Below, piece after piece: positions 1 to 1,005 of a stretch of DNA of 1,005 bases (its first letter is position 1; each line of letters opens with the position of its first letter). Below the pieces are notes generated by a model. That model was not told where the DNA came from. It saw only the letters and a list, made by a program, of their open reading frames with translations, and did not search any database. The DNA comes from Naegleria gruberi. Lineage: Eukaryota. The DNA lies in assembly GCA_000004985.1 (NCBI GenBank), contig GG739624.1. One strand, given 5' to 3'. The translations under genes were made by a program, and so were the position numbers.

Positions 1-48
1 TTCTTTGGCGATATCTGTTCTATTAGATGATATCTTCACACCTAAAAA

Positions 49-399
49 ATGATTCCGCATCAAGGGTCAAAAGAGATCAGATCATCAACCTTAATAGATT
101 TGGGTCATCGAAATAATTTATTAGGGTATTTTCAGTTTGAAATTAAAACACTGTACGGAGAATGTATTGTGATCGATTCCGAGATTGGAATTACCACTAG
201 CTTCCCGGAAATTTTCGCCGCCGCCGCCATAGCAAAAGTAAGGTCCTCCGACAAGTGTATGGTTCTTGTTGCATCCGAGTTTTATGTAAATATAAGTGCA
301 TGGATAGTGCAGTGGCATGAATCTGGTAATACCAACGCAGAGACGTTGGTTCGATTCTTGATAAGCGATAAAATTTTAATTTTTATTTGTATCTTCTAA
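49..399 (+). CDS. Questionable 116-aa ORF (hypothetical). More likely a chance ORF across the promoter / 5' flank of the downstream transporter gene
   Basis: From the ORF track. I recognise no motifs in the protein (MIPHQGSK...DKILIFICIF). Its C-terminal 'ILIFICIF' is simply translation of the T-rich tract at 370-396. It ends only 35 nt before the downstream ATG in the same orientation. That leaves no room for a eukaryotic promoter if both were real genes. There is no SD-like sequence before ATG 49. Confidence 0.15.
   Translation: MIPHQGSKEIRSSTLIDLGHRNNLLGYFQFEIKTLYGECIVIDSEIGITTSFPEIFAAAAIAKVRSSDKCMVLVASEFYVNISAWIVQWHESGNTNAETLVRFLISDKILIFICIF
217..228. repeat. (GCC)4 trinucleotide microrepeat inside a short GC-rich island (about 200-260)
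   Basis: Seen directly: gcc gcc gcc gcc at 217-228, flanked by 'cttcccggaaattttc' and 'atagcaaaagtaaggtcctccgacaag'. It reads as Ala4 in the 49..399 frame and Gly4 in the minus-strand 121..318 frame. Confidence 0.9.
283..300 (+). promoter_or_regulatory. TATA-like element (TATGTAAATATAAGTG; core TATAAG at 291-296) about 140 nt upstream of the transporter ATG
   Basis: Seen in sequence. TATAAG is a common functional TATA variant. A position 100-150 nt upstream of the ATG fits yeast-type promoters. This is inference only: TATA-like strings occur by chance in AT-rich DNA. Confidence 0.25.
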
Positions 400-434
400 A
401 GTTAATATTCGCTGATTTTGAAAGTGTGAAAAGA
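370..434 (+). promoter_or_regulatory. T-rich (poly dA:dT-like) proximal upstream region / probable 5' leader of the transporter gene
   Basis: 'aaaattttaatttttatttgtatcttct' at 371-397 (T4 at 374-377, T5 at 380-384). In the 435 frame, the stretch between the TAA at 369-371 and ATG 435 has no in-frame ATG. An A-rich leader 'gaaagtgtgaaaagaATG' lies immediately 5' of the start. Inference: this resembles yeast-like nucleosome-depleted promoter-proximal sequence. Confidence 0.3.
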
Positions 435-1005
435 ATGGCCATGATACAATTAAATATACAATCATCACATGACACATCTGATTATTCTTTAGTGAATGAA
501 AATGGTCATTACATATCGGATACAGATTTTGTTAAAGATTATACTTCAAAACGAGAGGAACACTCATCAAATATTATACCCTTAATGCTTGTGAAAAATG
601 ATTCGCTCTTCTCAAAGGCATGGTTCTGGATGGTTGTTCAAGGAACTTGCTCAATCACACTAACACTTGCTAACAAGTACTTGTCAATGAACTTTTCATC
701 ACCTCTACTTGTCATTATGATTCAGAATGTAGTTTCACTCTTATTCTTTGTGATATTCAATCATGTTGGGGTTTTCCCATTCAAATATCCAATGTGGAGA
801 GATTTCGCCTATCAGTTACCCTCTAGCATGTTCTTTGTTTTGTTGACATGGACATCTCTGGAAGGTTTAAGGTTGACAAGTGTGAGTTTGTTCACAATTA
901 TTAGAAATTTAGTGCCCATGATAACTGCCATTCTGGATATGACAGTTTTTGGATATTCCATAGATTTCCAAGTTGTTAGTTCTCTAATATCAATATTCCT
1001 TGGAG
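435..1005 (+). CDS. 5' portion (190 codons, 3'-truncated at window edge) of a multi-pass membrane protein of the nucleotide-sugar transporter / triose-phosphate translocator (NST/TPT, SLC35-like, DMT superfamily) family; GDP-mannose-transporter-like
   Basis: Seen directly: ATG at 435 (second Met at 441) opens a frame with no stop through nt 1004. The frame is closed upstream by TAA at 369-371, so 435 is the first possible start. Start context 'aagaATGg' has A at -3. Translation: MAMIQLNIQSSHDTSDYSLVNENGHYISDTDFVKDYTSKREEHSSNIIPLMLVKNDSLFSKAWFWMVVQGTCSITLTLANKYLSMNFSSPLLVIMIQNVVSLLFFVIFNHVGVFPFKYPMWRDFAYQLPSSMFFVLLTWTSLEGLRLTSVSLFTIIRNLVPMITAILDMTVFGYSIDFQVVSSLISIFLG. Residues 1-~59 form a hydrophilic N-tail. 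Predicted helices: aa 62-83 (nt 618-683, contains 'TLANKYL'; NKY at nt 672-680), aa 88-111, aa 128-147, aa 150-173, and the start of a fifth at aa 178-190. Established knowledge, recalled from memory: Vrg4-type NSTs have 'TNK[FY]V' in TM1 and '...L.YL.VP.YTIFKNL.I...A..E..FFG' spanning TM3-4. The spacing and residues here match that pattern ('TSLEGLRLTSVSLFTIIRNLVPMITAILDMTVFGY'). A 190-codon stop-free frame in sequence this AT-rich is itself strong evidence of coding. Confidence 0.75.
   Translation, partial: MAMIQLNIQSSHDTSDYSLVNENGHYISDTDFVKDYTSKREEHSSNIIPLMLVKNDSLFSKAWFWMVVQGTCSITLTLANKYLSMNFSSPLLVIMIQNVVSLLFFVIFNHVGVFPFKYPMWRDFAYQLPSSMFFVLLTWTSLEGLRLTSVSLFTIIRNLVPMITAILDMTVFGYSIDFQVVSSLISIFLG

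Noticed and set aside
74-84. Tandem 'AGATC AGATC A' pentamer duplication
   Set aside because: Two copies of a 5-mer are trivially expected in 1 kb. It is not a meaningful repeat, and not a Dam/GATC cluster of any density.
202-210. 'TTCCCGGAA', which matches the STAT/GAS consensus TTCN3GAA
   Set aside because: A 9-mer consensus with three free positions is expected by chance. STAT factors are absent from fungi, which I take as the most likely source. There is no supporting context.
121-318. 65-aa minus-strand ORF from the track (MPLHYPCTYIYIKLGCNKNHTLVGGPYFCYGGGGENFREASGNSNLGIDHNTFSVQCFNFKLKIP)
   Set aside because: It is short and I recognise no motifs in it. It lies entirely inside the other questionable ORF. 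Its Gly4 is just the reverse reading of the (GCC)4 repeat. It has no start-context support. I treat it as a chance ORF.
298-370. Intact tRNA gene
   Set aside because: The A-box-like and B-box-like motifs are at the right spacing, but no 7-bp acceptor stem forms. The T-stem and D-arm are also defective by hand folding. I report it only as a possible relic or coincidence (see findings).
1-1005. A prokaryotic accessory or defense system, operon, CRISPR array or mobile element
   Set aside because: There are no direct-repeat/spacer structures, no IS-like terminal inverted repeats, and no Shine-Dalgarno sequences ahead of either ORF. The one solid gene is a eukaryote-type NST/TPT transporter with an A(-3) start context and yeast-like codon usage. 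The window looks like an ordinary eukaryotic gene plus its upstream region.

Overview
The window is AT-rich; a hand count of the first 120 nt gives roughly one-third G+C. I can support one feature with reasonable confidence: an open reading frame on the + strand that starts at ATG 435 and runs without a stop to the window edge (190 codons, 3'-truncated). The supplied ORF track omits it because it has no in-window stop. Its translation shows about 55 hydrophilic N-terminal residues followed by closely spaced hydrophobic helices. Its motifs (a conserved 'TLANKYL' helix 1; 'TSLEGLRLTSVSLFTIIRNLVPMITAILD...FGY' in helices 3-4) match the nucleotide-sugar transporter / triose-phosphate-translocator (NST/TPT, SLC35-like, drug/metabolite-transporter superfamily) family. 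The Golgi GDP-mannose transporter Vrg4 is the archetype I am matching from memory.

The 434 nt upstream look like a 5' flank/promoter rather than solid coding sequence. They contain T-rich tracts and a TATA-like 'TAAATATAAG' about 140 nt before the ATG. The ATG context 'AAGAATGG' has A at -3, and I see no Shine-Dalgarno sequence. The one tracked ORF there (49..399, +) is unconvincing.

Codon usage in the long ORF (TTA/TTG Leu, AGA Arg) and the start context suggest an AT-rich microbial eukaryote, possibly a budding-yeast-like genome. I cannot establish this without a database search.

Minor observations: a (GCC)4 microrepeat inside a short GC-rich island, and a tRNA-like A-box/B-box/T-run arrangement that does not fold into a cloverleaf. 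I see no CRISPR, mobile element, toxin-antitoxin, defense or other prokaryotic-style accessory system. This looks like ordinary chromosomal gene-plus-promoter sequence, not a novel system.
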